64,000 bases of DNA from Leptospira sp. (GCA_034439575.1 JAWXAQ010000002.1:160001-224000); one strand, 5' to 3'; shown: positions 52,153 through 64,000, counted from the stretch's first letter. The notes: generated by a model from the letters alone, not told the origin. Program-made: numbers and translations.

Positions 52153-53601
52153 ATGCAAGAATCAGTAAGTAGCGACCAACTTGCAAAATTTGAATTTAGT
52201 GAAGACTCGTTAAATAGCTTCAGAAAGAACAAAAATATACCTATCGATTTATATGATCGTGATGGTAAAATTATCATGCCAAAAAAGAAAAATCCTTCTG
52301 AGGATGATTTTGGTAAATTGCTTAAATTTGAACTTCAAGGTGCATATTATCTCGTCTCAGACCAAAAAAAAATGCGTCCGGGCATTTCAGAGACTGATTC
52401 TAGAAATGTAAAATTATTTGATACAGAGAAAACTACAGATTTTGCCAAACAAACTTCCATACTTATAGAAGAATTAAAAAGGGAATCTTTTTCCAACGAA
52501 CATGCGCTAAAGGTTCATAATTCTGTCAGTGGAATTCTTGATGACTTCACTGCAAATCCAGATTTTGAATCAGGTCTTTTTAATATTCTAGAAATTCTAA
52601 GTTCTGCTGGAGTATCTCTTGAATCTGAGTTAATGACCAAACGTACGATAGTTGCCATGGGTATGAAAGTCAGGACGAAAAAGATAGTCGCTGATGAAGA
52701 CAATAAACCAAATAAAAAAGAACATTTAGCAATTATGACTGCCAGTTTCTTAGCGGACATTGGATATTCAAAAATCAATATTCCCGAACGTCCGAATTTA
52801 TCCAAAGAAGAATACGCTATCGTACAACAACATCCTATCTTGAGTTATTTGATGACATTGTCTTCTGGAGACGTCTCAACGGAAATTAGGACATTGGTAT
52901 TAAATCACCATAGACCATTTCGCGGAAGTGGCCTAAATAATAATTTTCCGGATCCGAAAATAGTTTTTTCAAAACTAATGATTGTTAGGGATAAGTTTTT
53001 AAAGGATTTAAACCGAGTAAAAATTGTGGAGGATATTGAAACTCAACTTCGTATCCAAGAAAGTAATGTAACGCCAGTGAATTTTGAAGAGGATGTTGCC
53101 ATCATATCTCTTGCCAGCGAATTTGCTTCATTAACTTCAAATCAATCATGGAGACCGGCGTACTCTTCTGCAGATGCATTAAAGTTGATAGTTAATGATT
53201 CATTTTTTTCCTATAGTAATAAAAACATAAGACACTTGTTAGATTATGTCGGCGCTAGTTTAACAAATAATGAAAACATAATAAATATTGGTGATTTTGT
53301 AATTACAGCTTCCATAGATTCTGAAAAACAGGCGCATTTTGATATTTGCCAAATTTTAGATGTGGATCGTTTTCAAACTCGACCAAAAATTCAACGTATA
53401 TGTTCTATTAAACCTATATTCAACCGAGGCAATCGATATCGAATCACTGATTTTGATACAAACGAAATACGGATGGATAGGCGTCGTGCGATTATAGATC
53501 TAGCAGGCCAAACATCCAGTACACAAAGAATTATTTATATTCTCGATCCAAAATTGAATGAAAAATTGTTCGATGCTGTAGTCAAAATCGCAAAACAATA
53601 A
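52153..53601 (+). CDS. Degenerate HD-GYP-like protein
   Basis: FLADIGY (HD replaced by AD), LSKEEY..VQQHP, NHH, GSG..; Y RP-like WRPAYS segment. Confidence 0.75.
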   Translation: MQESVSSDQLAKFEFSEDSLNSFRKNKNIPIDLYDRDGKIIMPKKKNPSEDDFGKLLKFELQGAYYLVSDQKKMRPGISETDSRNVKLFDTEKTTDFAKQTSILIEELKRESFSNEHALKVHNSVSGILDDFTANPDFESGLFNILEILSSAGVSLESELMTKRTIVAMGMKVRTKKIVADEDNKPNKKEHLAIMTASFLADIGYSKINIPERPNLSKEEYAIVQQHPILSYLMTLSSGDVSTEIRTLVLNHHRPFRGSGLNNNFPDPKIVFSKLMIVRDKFLKDLNRVKIVEDIETQLRIQESNVTPVNFEEDVAIISLASEFASLTSNQSWRPAYSSADALKLIVNDSFFSYSNKNIRHLLDYVGASLTNNENIINIGDFVITASIDSEKQAHFDICQILDVDRFQTRPKIQRICSIKPIFNRGNRYRITDFDTNEIRMDRRRAIIDLAGQTSSTQRIIYILDPKLNEKLFDAVVKIAKQ

Positions 53602-53783
53602 TTAGGCAAATTTCGGTTTTTATCGATTTGGTTTTTTGGAATTATAATTGTTCTAATTATAATTCTATCGAATTCAATATATCATTAAGAACCAAAATTT
53701 GAAATCAAATACTTCAAAATAAGTTTTATACTATATATTGATATTTGTTTAAACTCTAATCATAGAAAATCTAATGACGGTGA

Positions 53784-54914
53784 ATGAGTGATTCATGTCA
53801 TGGTAACAAAATGAAAATAGACGAAGTCAAACACGTCGAATCACTCAAAAAAGTTTGGAATAGTGAACCTTTCTCGCTTGGCATTCCTGTCATTGACTTA
53901 CAACATTTATGGTTAGTGAATTTAATATTAAAACTCGAAGAAACACTAACAGATGTCACACTTGGATCATTTTCGGCTGAGATAAAATCAACTTTTACAC
54001 ATGCTTTGGAATACGTTTCAGAGCATTTTTCATTAGAAGAAGAAATATTAGAACATTTTAATTACCCAAATTTTGATCAACATGTTCGTGGACATCGGAG
54101 TTTCGTAGCGAAACTTGCAGAAAAATTCAATCACTCTGAGAATGATGAAGTGGCGGCCCTGGGATTACTTCAAATTTTAAAAAAATGGTTATTTCAACAT
54201 ATTTTACATGAAGATTCTGACTATGCGAATTTTTTTAAAAGCAAAGATGTTAGGTTAAATTTATTTTTAACTAAACTATTAAAAGAAAACAAATATAGGG
54301 TGACTAAAGAACAGATATTATTGTATAAAAATATTTCTACTCCAGAAGAAATTTCTGCAGTCGAAACTTCTGAAACTCATGATAGTATAACGGACATTAA
54401 GAAAATCTGGAAAACATACAATTTATCAACTAACATTCCTATCATTGATTTGCAACATATTTGGCTTTTGAAAATAATTGTTGAGTTAAGTTATGCATTA
54501 AATTCTGGAGAGGTACCAAAAGATTTTTTGCAAAAGTCTATAAACAATGTGATCGCTTACACAAAGGATCATTTCTCAGTCGAAGATCGTATTATGAGAC
54601 AATTTCGATTTAACGATTTTGCGAATCATATGTCTCAACACAAACGATTTATCGAATTTGTACAATTGCGACACGAGGAAAATCGGTTAGGTGAACATCA
54701 TGTGGCATCTCACTTAATCCAAGATTTGAAAAATTGGCTACTTTCTCACATTGCCTTTGAGGATAAAAAAATTGGTATCGCATTTGCTTCAAAGGTAAGG
54801 GAGTTATCGGAATTTACAAAAACTTTGCATCAAAACGGTGAAGTTACAATTTCCGCGGAGCAGAAAAATCTCTATAAAGCGATTTTACAAGACGATTCCG
54901 AACCTTCCATTTAG
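53784..54914 (+). CDS. Tandem two-domain bacteriohemerythrin
   Basis: Two complete H / HxxxE / HxxxH / HxxxxD ligand sets. Start could be 53784 or 53811. Confidence 0.9.
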   Translation: MSDSCHGNKMKIDEVKHVESLKKVWNSEPFSLGIPVIDLQHLWLVNLILKLEETLTDVTLGSFSAEIKSTFTHALEYVSEHFSLEEEILEHFNYPNFDQHVRGHRSFVAKLAEKFNHSENDEVAALGLLQILKKWLFQHILHEDSDYANFFKSKDVRLNLFLTKLLKENKYRVTKEQILLYKNISTPEEISAVETSETHDSITDIKKIWKTYNLSTNIPIIDLQHIWLLKIIVELSYALNSGEVPKDFLQKSINNVIAYTKDHFSVEDRIMRQFRFNDFANHMSQHKRFIEFVQLRHEENRLGEHHVASHLIQDLKNWLLSHIAFEDKKIGIAFASKVRELSEFTKTLHQNGEVTISAEQKNLYKAILQDDSEPSI

Positions 54915-54964
54915 GGTTTTTCAATTGCCTTCTGGATTTTTCATAGAAAACCTGTATCTAGACC

Positions 54965-56431
54965 ATGGAATACGAAGTAATTATCGGACTAGAAGTTCAC
55001 GTTCAATTAAACACCAAATCAAAGATTTTTTCAACGGCCACAAATGAATTTGGTGGTTCTCCAAATACCCATATTTCGACACTTTGTGTCGCCCTACCTG
55101 GCACCTTGCCCGTATTAAATGAAGTAGTTTTGGAAAAAGCTGTCCGGGCAGGCCTTGCTCTTGGATGTGAAATTACACAATTTACAAAATTTGACCGTAA
55201 AAATTATTTTTATCCTGATTTACCAAAAGGTTATCAGATATCACAATTTGACAAACCTTATGCGACAAAAGGTGGCCTCCATGTAAAGTGGAAAGGTCAG
55301 GAAACAGAAAAATTTGTTCCACTAACGCGTATTCATATGGAAGAGGATGCTGGAAAATTAATACACTCTCATGATTCTTCTGTCAATCGTTCTTATGTTG
55401 ATTACAATAGAGCAGGTACTCCACTCATTGAAATAGTTTCTGAACCAGACATCCGATCTTCAGACGAAGCTTATGCATATCTCAATGAATTAAAAACTCT
55501 GCTACGTTATGTGCAAGTTTCGGATTGTAATATGGAAGAGGGCTCACTTCGTTGTGATGCGAACGTATCCATTCGCCCAATAGGTGAAAAGGGTTTTAGA
55601 ACGAGAGTTGAAATTAAAAACCTGAACTCGTTTAAGGCCGTAAAACAAGCAATAGACTATGAGATAGAATGGCAAAAGGATGTTTATTCCAGAGGTGAAT
55701 CATTCAAACAAATGACAAAACTTTGGGATGCTGCACTTTTAAAAACGATTCCGATGCGTAGTAAAGAGATGAGTCACGACTATCGCTATTTCCCAGAACC
55801 AGACCTTCCATCACTTGTGATTACTGACAAATATATTGATGATATTCGTAGGCATTTGCCAGAACTTCCTCGCGCCAAAAAAGAAAGATATATTAAAGAA
55901 CTAGGATTACCCGAGTATGATTCAGAAGTTTTAACAAGCGAAAGAGAAATTGCTGAATATTTTGAAAAGGCATTAGAAATTTCCAAAGATGCCAAAAAAA
56001 CATCTAACTGGGTAAAAGATGAAGTATTGGGCATCGTTAATAAAGAAAGTATTACAATCAATGAATTTAGTGTTGGACCAGAACGAATTGGAAAGTTAGT
56101 CGCCCTGATTAACAGCGGTGAGATTTCTGGAAAAATTGCAAAGACTGTCTTTGAAGAAATGTTAACATCCTCTGATGCCCCAGATAAAATTGTCGAAGCC
56201 AAAGGATTAAAAGTGGTTCGTGATGACAAAGCCTTGGAAGAAATCGTTATACGGGTGTTAGAAACTCAAAAGGAATCGGTGGAAGCTTGGAATAATGGAA
56301 AAGATAGAGCACTCGGTGCCATTGTCGGAGCAGTGATGAAAGAAACAAAAGGAAAAGCGGATCCGAAAATGGTGAATGATTTAATATTAGCGAAACTTGG
56401 ACCACTTGGCGAAAAAAAAGCCAAAGAGTAA
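54965..56431 (+). CDS. gatB: Asp/Glu-tRNA amidotransferase subunit B
   Basis: [38 protein letters not shown]. Confidence 0.99.
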   Translation: MEYEVIIGLEVHVQLNTKSKIFSTATNEFGGSPNTHISTLCVALPGTLPVLNEVVLEKAVRAGLALGCEITQFTKFDRKNYFYPDLPKGYQISQFDKPYATKGGLHVKWKGQETEKFVPLTRIHMEEDAGKLIHSHDSSVNRSYVDYNRAGTPLIEIVSEPDIRSSDEAYAYLNELKTLLRYVQVSDCNMEEGSLRCDANVSIRPIGEKGFRTRVEIKNLNSFKAVKQAIDYEIEWQKDVYSRGESFKQMTKLWDAALLKTIPMRSKEMSHDYRYFPEPDLPSLVITDKYIDDIRRHLPELPRAKKERYIKELGLPEYDSEVLTSEREIAEYFEKALEISKDAKKTSNWVKDEVLGIVNKESITINEFSVGPERIGKLVALINSGEISGKIAKTVFEEMLTSSDAPDKIVEAKGLKVVRDDKALEEIVIRVLETQKESVEAWNNGKDRALGAIVGAVMKETKGKADPKMVNDLILAKLGPLGEKKAKE

Positions 56432-56437
56432 AAATTT

Positions 56438-56995
56438 TTATAAATAAGTAACAGAACCAAAATCTATTTTCATGCGAAAAGCCTTCTCTAAAGGGAGGCT
56501 TTTTTTATGACATATCAATACTCGAATCGGTGCTGAATGGGAAACAACCAACAATTTTTGGATTCCTAATTTTTTCATTTTGGGCAATTCTTGATGTAAC
56601 CACCATTCGTTGGCAAAATCCATCACTCTCGTTTGCAGTTCTACAAAGGATTCTCCGTTAGGTGCATTTAAATTTACAAAATCATCTAGCCATTTAGATG
56701 TTTCTGTTTTTGGAAGTTCTTCCCACATTTTTCCTTCCCAATCTCCAAAATGCATTTCCATCAAACGTTCGTCAGTTTCCAATTCCTTGATTCCAAAATG
56801 CTTTGCGATTTCATCCGCCAGCCTTTTGGCTCTGGGGAGGGGACTCGAGATAATGTAATCAGGTGCATTTACCAATTGGGAAACAACCTTATCCTTAGTG
56901 ATTGAAGGAGATTCTTTTAATTCTAAGTCCAATCTACCGTAACACATCCCTTTCGGTGCAATGGTTTCCGGATGTCTCACCAAAATGATTTCCAT
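56438..56995 (-). CDS. Histidine phosphatase (CobC/alpha-ribazole phosphatase-like)
   Basis: LVRHPET...[28 protein letters not shown]. The Met at 56995 is the likely start. Confidence 0.85.
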   Translation of the reverse strand: MEIILVRHPETIAPKGMCYGRLDLELKESPSITKDKVVSQLVNAPDYIISSPLPRAKRLADEIAKHFGIKELETDERLMEMHFGDWEGKMWEELPKTETSKWLDDFVNLNAPNGESFVELQTRVMDFANEWWLHQELPKMKKLGIQKLLVVSHSAPIRVLICHKKSLPLEKAFRMKIDFGSVTYL

Positions 56996-57139
56996 TTCAT
57001 TCCCCACGTATTTTCCAGTTTTTGCGGTTGGATTCTGACATCCATTCCAAGTTTTGGTCAATCGGCTCAAATTTTCCTTAAGAGAAATTTCAAGCTGACT
57101 TTACGCCCAAAGCCATTTGAGCCACTATGTCACTTGACC

Positions 57140-60100
57140 ATGGACGATTTTACTCATCTTCACCTTCATACTACGTACTCAATGCTGGATGGAGCGATCC
57201 GTATTCCAGATTTGATGAAAAAAGTGAAGGAATTGGGTATGAGTAGTGTCGCTATTACCGATCACGGAAATATGTATGGGGCTATTGAGTTCTATAAAGA
57301 AGCAGTTAAACACGATGTCAAACCGATCATAGGTTGTGAATTTTATGTGACTCCTTCCCGTTCTGCAGAAACGGAGTTAGACGAAATTGCAGATGGGGGT
57401 GCCTATCACATTATACTACTTTGCAAAAATGAAATCGGTTATAAAAATATAATTAAACTTGCAAGTAGATCTTTCACCGAAGGATTTTATCGAAAACCAA
57501 GAATCGACTACGACCTGTTAGAACGTCATAGCGAAGGTCTTGTGTGTTTGACGGCTTGCCTTGCTGGCGAAGTAAACAGGAAAATCCTCGAAGGAAAAGA
57601 AGACAAAGCATATGCGTTAGCTGGTAAGCTTCATGAAATTTTTCGCAAGGAAGATTTTTATCTTGAGATTCAAGATCATGGTATCCCTGAACAAAAAACA
57701 GTGGCAGAAGCCGTCATTGGATTTTCTAAAAGAACAGGCATTCCCTTAGTATTAACAAATGATTCTCATTTTTTAACAAAAGACGACCGTGAAGCGCAAG
57801 ACATTCTGCTAAGAATCGGAATGCGAAAAAATATTGATGATGAAATGCGATTTGGATTCAATCAAAATTTTTATGTAAAGAGTCCGAAAGAAATGTTCGG
57901 ATTGTTTCCTGGACATGAAGCCGCATTTTATAATACATTAGCCATCCGTGATAAATGTTCTTTAAATTTCCAATTTGGAAATCCACTTTTACCACCTTTC
58001 GATGTACCAGCTGGTTACGATACGGATAGTTATCTTGAAAAATTAGTTTGGGATGGCATCAAAGAAAAATATCCTGATATGTCTCAAATTATAAAAGAGA
58101 GAACCGAATTTGAAATGCAAACGATTCGTAACATGCATTTTGCGGGATACTTTTTAATCGTACAGGATTATATCAATTTTGCACGTCATACGGGAATTCC
58201 TGTTGGTCCAGGACGAGGTTCTGCAGCTGGAAGTATCATTGCATATGCATTAGGAATTACGAATGTAGATCCAATCCGTTACAATCTACTATTTGAACGA
58301 TTTTTAAATCCTGACAGAAAGGATATGCCTGATATTGATACAGACTTTTGTGTGGAACGTCGCGAAGAAGTCATCAATTACATCAAACAAAAGTATGGTG
58401 AAAATAGAGTAGGCCAAATTATAACATTTGGATCCCTGGCGGCAAAGGCTGCCATCAAAGACGTCGCTCGTGTTTTCAATGTTCCATTTTCAGAAGTAAA
58501 TGAGATGAGTAAACTATTTCCGAAAAAAATCGGAATCACCATCCAGGAAGCAGTAGAAACTTCTAAAGACCTTAAGGATCTTTCTGAAAAATCTGAACTG
58601 AATAAAAAAGTATTTTCCATTGCACAAAAGCTTGAAGGTAATTATCGTCAAGTGGGCCGTCATGCGGCTGGTGTTGTTATCGCACCGATCGCTCTGGAAG
58701 AGATTGTTCCTTTATCGACCGTTAGTGAACCTGGGCGAGATGGACGTTCTATAGTCACTCAATTCGACAAAAATATGTCGGAGCAAGTGGGTCTTATAAA
58801 AATGGATATTTTAGGTTTAAAAAACCTAACAACAATTCATCATGCAGTCCAATTGATCAAAAAACGCCATGGAATCTTGCTTGATTTAGATAAAATTCCA
58901 TTAGATGATCACAAAACTTTTAGTTTGCTTCGTAAGGCCAATGTCCTTGGTATTTTCCAACTGGATTCTTCTACAGGAATTCGAGATCTTTTTGCAAAAG
59001 CCCAAGTCCAAAAGTTTGAAGAGATCGCCGCATTGCTCGCGTTATATAGACCAGGACCAATGGGTTCTGGTATGTTGGATGATTATTTAGATAGGAAAAA
59101 CGGAAAGAAAAAAGTACAATTCCCTCATGAGAGTCTTGCTGAAGTTCTTTCCGAAACTTATGGAGTTATCGTATACCAAGAGCAGGTGATGGGAATATCG
59201 CGTATTATGGGCGGATTCTCAGTAGGTGACTCGGATGTACTTCGTAAGGCGATGGCCAAAAAGGATAAGTCAAAATTACCTGCGCTCAAAGAAAAATTTG
59301 TGAAAGGTGCCGCAGAAAATAAAATAAATGAAAAATTGGCCACTGAACTTTTTGAGACATTAGAAAAATTTGGTGAATATGGATTTAATAAATCACACTC
59401 TGTAGCTTATGCCTTCGTAACGTATCAAACCGCCTTTTTAAAAGCAAATTATACTATTGAATATCTCACAGCACTTTTGTCAGGTGATCATTCTAAGATC
59501 ACAGATGTCGTAAAATACATTAACAATGCTAAGGAAATGGGGATTCGAATCCTTGGACCAGACCTTTGTGAATCGGGATTGTCATTTGAAATCACAGATG
59601 ATAAAACCATTCGTTTTGGTCTATCATCTATCAAAGGTGTTGGCGAACTTGCCGCAGAAAATATTTTAACCAATAGACGAAAGTTAGGTGTTTATAAGTC
59701 TATAGAAGATATAGCCAAACATTTGGACACAAGACTTGCCAACAAAAAAGTTATGGAAGCCTTGGCACAAGGTGGCGCTTTCGATTCATTCGGTTTTACT
59801 CGAAAATGTATTTTTGAATCCACAGATTCCATTTTATCTTATGCACAAAAAAAACAGGCGGAAGAAAAAGATGGTCAGTTTTCTTTGTTTGGTGGCACAA
59901 CAGGTGTGGCGGATGGCTATGTCTTAAACTTACCAAAAGACGGCATCGAATGGGAGTTTGATGAACTTTTAAAAAAAGAAAAAGAAACTACTGGTCTTTA
60001 TCTTTCCGGACATCCACTCGATAAATATGCAGAACAATTAAAGACTTTAAAGCCGATCCTGATTGAAAATTTAGAAAACGTAAAACCAAAATCAAAAGTT

Positions 60101-60640
60101 GAAGTTGCTGGTGTATTATCAAAGAAAATGATAAAACTCACGAAAAAGAAAGAAGAGTTTATCAACTTTATGATTGAAGATCAAACTGGCGAGATTGAAT
60201 GTGTAGCCTTTCCACGAACTTATGCCGACTTCAAACCTCTATTTTTAGAAGATAAAACTTTATTTATTAAAGGAGTATTGGAAAGAGTAGATGTTGAAGA
60301 ATCGGAATTAAAAGGTCAAATTATTGTAAATCAAGTCGAAGAACTAAATAAAATTACAATCGAGAAAAAAATGGAGAAGGCTCTCCATTTAACGATCGAT
60401 ATGCTTGAGGATAAAAATAGAGAAATCATATTAAAAATTCAAGATCTGTTTTCTGTGCATAGAGGAAGCTCAGCTGTATTCTTTCATTTGGTGAGTGATG
60501 GTGATGAAAAGAAAGTCATTCGAGCTCATGATCATTTTTCTATCGAGATAACCAGTGACCTTATGAAAATTTTATCAGAAATGTTAGGGAAAGGAAGTGT
60601 GCGTTATACAATCGGAGAAGAAGTCAGAGTTTTTGGTTAG
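57140..60640 (+). CDS. dnaE: DNA polymerase III alpha subunit
   Basis: [36 protein letters not shown]. Start at MDDF (57140); no intein seen. Confidence 0.99.
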   Translation: MDDFTHLHLHTTYSMLDGAIRIPDLMKKVKELGMSSVAITDHGNMYGAIEFYKEAVKHDVKPIIGCEFYVTPSRSAETELDEIADGGAYHIILLCKNEIGYKNIIKLASRSFTEGFYRKPRIDYDLLERHSEGLVCLTACLAGEVNRKILEGKEDKAYALAGKLHEIFRKEDFYLEIQDHGIPEQKTVAEAVIGFSKRTGIPLVLTNDSHFLTKDDREAQDILLRIGMRKNIDDEMRFGFNQNFYVKSPKEMFGLFPGHEAAFYNTLAIRDKCSLNFQFGNPLLPPFDVPAGYDTDSYLEKLVWDGIKEKYPDMSQIIKERTEFEMQTIRNMHFAGYFLIVQDYINFARHTGIPVGPGRGSAAGSIIAYALGITNVDPIRYNLLFERFLNPDRKDMPDIDTDFCVERREEVINYIKQKYGENRVGQIITFGSLAAKAAIKDVARVFNVPFSEVNEMSKLFPKKIGITIQEAVETSKDLKDLSEKSELNKKVFSIAQKLEGNYRQVGRHAAGVVIAPIALEEIVPLSTVSEPGRDGRSIVTQFDKNMSEQVGLIKMDILGLKNLTTIHHAVQLIKKRHGILLDLDKIPLDDHKTFSLLRKANVLGIFQLDSSTGIRDLFAKAQVQKFEEIAALLALYRPGPMGSGMLDDYLDRKNGKKKVQFPHESLAEVLSETYGVIVYQEQVMGISRIMGGFSVGDSDVLRKAMAKKDKSKLPALKEKFVKGAAENKINEKLATELFETLEKFGEYGFNKSHSVAYAFVTYQTAFLKANYTIEYLTALLSGDHSKITDVVKYINNAKEMGIRILGPDLCESGLSFEITDDKTIRFGLSSIKGVGELAAENILTNRRKLGVYKSIEDIAKHLDTRLANKKVMEALAQGGAFDSFGFTRKCIFESTDSILSYAQKKQAEEKDGQFSLFGGTTGVADGYVLNLPKDGIEWEFDELLKKEKETTGLYLSGHPLDKYAEQLKTLKPILIENLENVKPKSKVEVAGVLSKKMIKLTKKKEEFINFMIEDQTGEIECVAFPRTYADFKPLFLEDKTLFIKGVLERVDVEESELKGQIIVNQVEELNKITIEKKMEKALHLTIDMLEDKNREIILKIQDLFSVHRGSSAVFFHLVSDGDEKKVIRAHDHFSIEITSDLMKILSEMLGKGSVRYTIGEEVRVFG

Positions 60641-60650
60641 GTGATCGCAT

Positions 60651-61748
60651 TTGACTTTCATCAATGAATTAAATATTTTAGAATTTCTTTGGCTTGGTTC
60701 TGGTGGCATTGTTTGTATCATTTGGGCGATTCAGCAATATATAGAAAATCAGAAAAAAGAAAGTTTTGTTTGGTCAATCATTCTGTTTTCCACCGGCTTT
60801 TGGTTGTTATCTGGATCTTTTTTCTTTACGGGACTATTTCGGTTGTTTCCTTATTTTAGCGTCATTCATATTCCCATGGTATTTTTATCTGCTACGTTTC
60901 TCTATGAATACTTAAAGTTTGTATTTTTGGAAATTAAGATTCAATTTCGTTTGTTTCATTTTTTTCCTTTTATAGTTTCTATATTACTTATCATTCCATA
61001 TTTTACTTTGTCCAAAGCAGAAATGGTTTCCCTTTTTTTGCCAATGAATGATGAAATTTTTCCTTCTATCATTAGAATTCTTAATCTTTCTTTAAAATTA
61101 TCCATTTTCGTTTCTGTTGGATTATTTTTATTTAAAGATTGGCTACCGAATGTAAAACTAAGATTATTTTTACAGAAGAACGCAATCTATACACTAGCTT
61201 TTATTATATTGATATGGCTTGATCTAATCATCGGCATATTTGGTTTCTTTTTGCAAAGGGAAGAATTGAAAAAAATAAGTGCTTATCTTTTACCATTAAT
61301 TATGTATTTTTATTTTTTTACGAGGTCACTTTGGTCACCGTTTCTTTTTGATTTAAAGGAAAATATTCAGAAAAATAAATACCAAAAAACAAAGTTAGCT
61401 GGTATAGATTTAAAATCAATCGAATACAAATTGCAAAAACTCATGAAAGAAAAAATATTCTGTGATGAAGATTTAAGTTTATCCGATCTAGCATTACTTG
61501 TGGGTATCAAACAAGGACAATTGTCTGAATATTTTCAAAAACAGTATGGTTACGGATTTTATCATTATATAAATAAATTTAGAATCGAAGAAGCAAAAAT
61601 TTTACTTGGAGAGTCGAGTCATAGATCTGTTTTATCAATTGCAGATTCTGTGGGTTTTAATTCTAAGTCTACATTCAATCGAGTGTTTTTGGATTTAGTT
61701 GGTAAAACTCCGAGTGAATATAAAATCCAAATTTCCCATAAACAATAA
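60651..61748 (+). CDS. Membrane-bound AraC-family regulator
   Basis: About 6-7 N-terminal TM helices; DEDLSL...VGFNSKSTFNRVF HTH. Confidence 0.9.
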   Translation: MTFINELNILEFLWLGSGGIVCIIWAIQQYIENQKKESFVWSIILFSTGFWLLSGSFFFTGLFRLFPYFSVIHIPMVFLSATFLYEYLKFVFLEIKIQFRLFHFFPFIVSILLIIPYFTLSKAEMVSLFLPMNDEIFPSIIRILNLSLKLSIFVSVGLFLFKDWLPNVKLRLFLQKNAIYTLAFIILIWLDLIIGIFGFFLQREELKKISAYLLPLIMYFYFFTRSLWSPFLFDLKENIQKNKYQKTKLAGIDLKSIEYKLQKLMKEKIFCDEDLSLSDLALLVGIKQGQLSEYFQKQYGYGFYHYINKFRIEEAKILLGESSHRSVLSIADSVGFNSKSTFNRVFLDLVGKTPSEYKIQISHKQ

Positions 61749-61763
61749 TTTAAATCTTTTTTT

Positions 61764-61785
61764 GTCCTAGAGAATTCTATAGGAC
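61764..61785. promoter_or_regulatory. 22-bp near-perfect palindrome, candidate operator
   Basis: GTCCTAGAGAATTCTATAGGAC between the AraC stop and the acyl-CoA ligase start. Confidence 0.55.
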
Positions 61786-61836
61786 GACTAAGGCATCAGC
61801 TTCTATTAAAATTCATATAATTTAGGGGTTAATTGT

Positions 61837-63729
61837 ATGAACAATTTAATTGAATTTTATTTAAGCTTAAAAACTAAATATAAAGATAAACCAGCATTCG
61901 CTTCGAAGTTACATGGAAGCAAACAATTTCAAACAAAATCTTACGCAGAGTTAATCGATTTATCATTAGCTTTTAGTGAGGGTATTTCTTTTTTAAATGT
62001 CGGGGATAGAGTTGGGTTTTTCGCTGATAACAGTTTTGAATGGATGGTTACTAGTATAGGAATTACTTTCGCTGGTTGTGTCGATGTCCCAAGAGCTAGT
62101 GATGTAACAGAACAAGATATTGAATTTATTCTGAATCATTCGGAAGCGAAACTCGTGGTAGTTGAAAATACAAATCTAGCACTTCGTGTTTTAAATCTTC
62201 AATCAAAATTGAATCATTTAAAATACATCCTGATATTGGATGGCGACTTACCAAAACAATCTTCTAAATTGGAAATACTATTGTACAAAAATATAATAGA
62301 GACTGGTCAAAAGAAATTAAATATCAGTAATTCAAATATCCAAAATATTATAAATCAAGTATCTCCGAATGATTTATTTACTTTGATTTATACTTCTGGA
62401 ACGACAGGAACTCCCAAAGGTGTTATGCTAACTCATGCGAATTTATTATCGCAAATAGAACGTACGCCTGTTACATTATCAACCCAAGATTGTGCAATAT
62501 CAATTTTACCTATCTGGCATATATTCGAACGAACATTTGAATTATTTTCAATGGCAAATGGAGTATGTACGTATTATACAAATATTAGAAGTCTCAAAGA
62601 GGATTTAGCCATTGTTAAGCCTACATTTATGGCATCAGCTCCTAGATTATGGGAAAGTATATATGGGGGAATCCTTGGGAACATTAGCAAGTCTCCAAGA
62701 ACCAAACAGGTGATGTTTGAAATTGCCACAACTTTAGGAAAAATCCAGTTTCAGACAACGCAGATATTATTCGGAAATGATTTACGACTAGATAATCTTT
62801 CTATATGGATTCGTTTATATTCCCTATTCACAGCATTTTGCTTATGGGCATTTACCTACCTACCATACTTATTATTTGATGCACTTGTCTTAAGCAAAAT
62901 TCGTAATGCCACGGGTGGCCGATTGAGAGGTTCTGTTTCAGGCGGTGGGGCTCTCCCATTTCATATTGATGAATTTTTTAATTCGATAGGGATTCCTGTT
63001 TTAGAAGGTTATGGTATGACGGAAACCTCTCCAGTGATCGCAGTGAGAAGCTTTTCTTCGTTAGTTGCTGGAACTGTGGGTCCATTATATATAGATACTT
63101 CTTTAAGACTAGTCGATATAAAAACTGGTGAAGTTTTTCTAGATACAGAGATCGGAAAAATAGTGTATGGAAAAAAAGGAGAGATCCATGTCAAGGGCCC
63201 GCAAGTTATGGCTGGCTATTATAAAAATCCAGAGGCAACTAACAAGGTATTGAAGGATGGATGGATGAATACCGGGGATTTGGGTTTAATGACTGCAAAT
63301 GATTGTCTAAAAATTGTAGGTCGGACAAAAGAGACAATCGTGTTACTTGGTGGGGAAAATGTGGAACCTGTTCCCATTGAAGCAAAACTTTTAGAATCGG
63401 AATGGATTGATCAGATTATGGTCGTTGGTCAAGATAGAAAATTCTTATCTGCTTTAGTGGTTCCAAATCAAATTCTAGTACAAAATCTAGATGTGGATTT
63501 ATCGCAGGGAAAAAATATAAATAAATTAAAAGAAAAAATCCAACAAGAAATTAAATCAAAGATCAATGCTGATACTGGGTTTAAAAGTTTTGAAAGAGTT
63601 GTTGATGTTTCCATTCTCACCAAACCTTTTGAAGTCGGAGATGAATTGACAGCTAAATTGTCCCTGAAACGTCATGTCATCCTTGAAAAGTACCAAGACT
63701 TGATAGAAAATATTTATAAAGGGAAATAA
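61837..63729 (+). CDS. Long-chain fatty-acid--CoA ligase
   Basis: YTSGTTGTPKG, GYGMTE, TGDLG, GRTKETIVL.GGENVEP. Confidence 0.93.
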   Translation: MNNLIEFYLSLKTKYKDKPAFASKLHGSKQFQTKSYAELIDLSLAFSEGISFLNVGDRVGFFADNSFEWMVTSIGITFAGCVDVPRASDVTEQDIEFILNHSEAKLVVVENTNLALRVLNLQSKLNHLKYILILDGDLPKQSSKLEILLYKNIIETGQKKLNISNSNIQNIINQVSPNDLFTLIYTSGTTGTPKGVMLTHANLLSQIERTPVTLSTQDCAISILPIWHIFERTFELFSMANGVCTYYTNIRSLKEDLAIVKPTFMASAPRLWESIYGGILGNISKSPRTKQVMFEIATTLGKIQFQTTQILFGNDLRLDNLSIWIRLYSLFTAFCLWAFTYLPYLLFDALVLSKIRNATGGRLRGSVSGGGALPFHIDEFFNSIGIPVLEGYGMTETSPVIAVRSFSSLVAGTVGPLYIDTSLRLVDIKTGEVFLDTEIGKIVYGKKGEIHVKGPQVMAGYYKNPEATNKVLKDGWMNTGDLGLMTANDCLKIVGRTKETIVLLGGENVEPVPIEAKLLESEWIDQIMVVGQDRKFLSALVVPNQILVQNLDVDLSQGKNINKLKEKIQQEIKSKINADTGFKSFERVVDVSILTKPFEVGDELTAKLSLKRHVILEKYQDLIENIYKGK

Positions 63730-63747
63730 AATTTGTTAAACAAAATG

Positions 63748-63780
63748 AACTAGGATTAATTCCCAGAGCTAATCCTAGTT
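63748..63780. terminator. Hairpin between convergent genes
   Basis: AACTAGGATTA...TAATCCTAGTT 11-bp stem overlapping the stop codon of the minus-strand gene. Confidence 0.6.
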
Positions 63781-64000
63781 ACATTCACACTAATGGTTCT
63801 TTCTGAACTTTGACCACTAAAGTCAGTAGCTTTTGTTTTAATCAGATTTTCTCCCGTTTTTAAATTCACTACACCTACAAGATATCTATCCTTAAAAAAC
63901 AAATCATCAAACGTATAACCATTATAAGTTTTCCATTTCCCCTTTTCAAAATGGATGCTATCAAACTTAGTTTTTTTAACAACCTCGCCATTAAAAATAA
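63756..64000 (-). CDS. 3' end of a gene running off the window (beta-rich, Ig-like C-terminus)
   Basis: Open frame IFNGEVVKK...GENLIKTKATDFSGQSSERTISVNVTRISSGN* ending at 63756. Confidence 0.65.
   Translation of the reverse strand, partial: IFNGEVVKKTKFDSIHFEKGKWKTYNGYTFDDLFFKDRYLVGVVNLKTGENLIKTKATDFSGQSSERTISVNVTRISSGN

Noticed and set aside
54965-56431. gatB without gatCA; transketolase half-gene at 31534
   Set aside because: Dispersed gat genes and split transketolases are common and the ORFs are intact, so these are not pseudogenes.
56972-57139. N-terminal extension of dnaE and overlap with the phosphatase ORF
   Set aside because: Conserved starts lie at 57140 (+) and 56995 (-). The overlap is an ORF-caller artefact; the gap is a divergent promoter region.
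3193-63194. Numerous short overlapping ORFs in the six-frame track
   Set aside because: They are antisense or alternate-frame to well-supported genes, with no recognisable motifs or RBS.

Overview
A gene-dense, AT-rich bacterial chromosomal segment, most likely from a Leptospira-like spirochaete. This is inferred from the lipoprotein signals, 7TM-DISM sensors, LA_0442/LA_0875-type protein, FlcA-like TPR protein, stand-alone gatB and split transketolase. Housekeeping genes (glgA, pckA, metK, clpS, mtnC, fliH, a fliG paralog, gatB, dnaE, ssb) are interspersed with regulators, signalling genes and surface-protein genes. I found no rRNA, tRNA, CRISPR array, transposase or prophage. The most notable observations are: (1) a chemoreceptor with a His-rich integral-membrane input domain in an apparent operon with a SCO-like CxxxC protein, a candidate copper-cofactor chemosensor with its own chaperone; (2) two 7TM-DISM kinase-like proteins lacking the phospho-His, translationally coupled to fliG-fliH; (3) two divergent, co-varying structured intergenic elements resembling the Flavo-1 RNA motif; (4) an ECF sigma factor with a Cys-rich extension, no anti-sigma gene and a visible candidate autoregulated promoter; (5) a degenerate HD-GYP protein next to a tandem hemerythrin; (6) an FlcA-like protein with a long acidic DDPFAD-repeat region. 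Family assignments come from motif recognition only; no searches were run.
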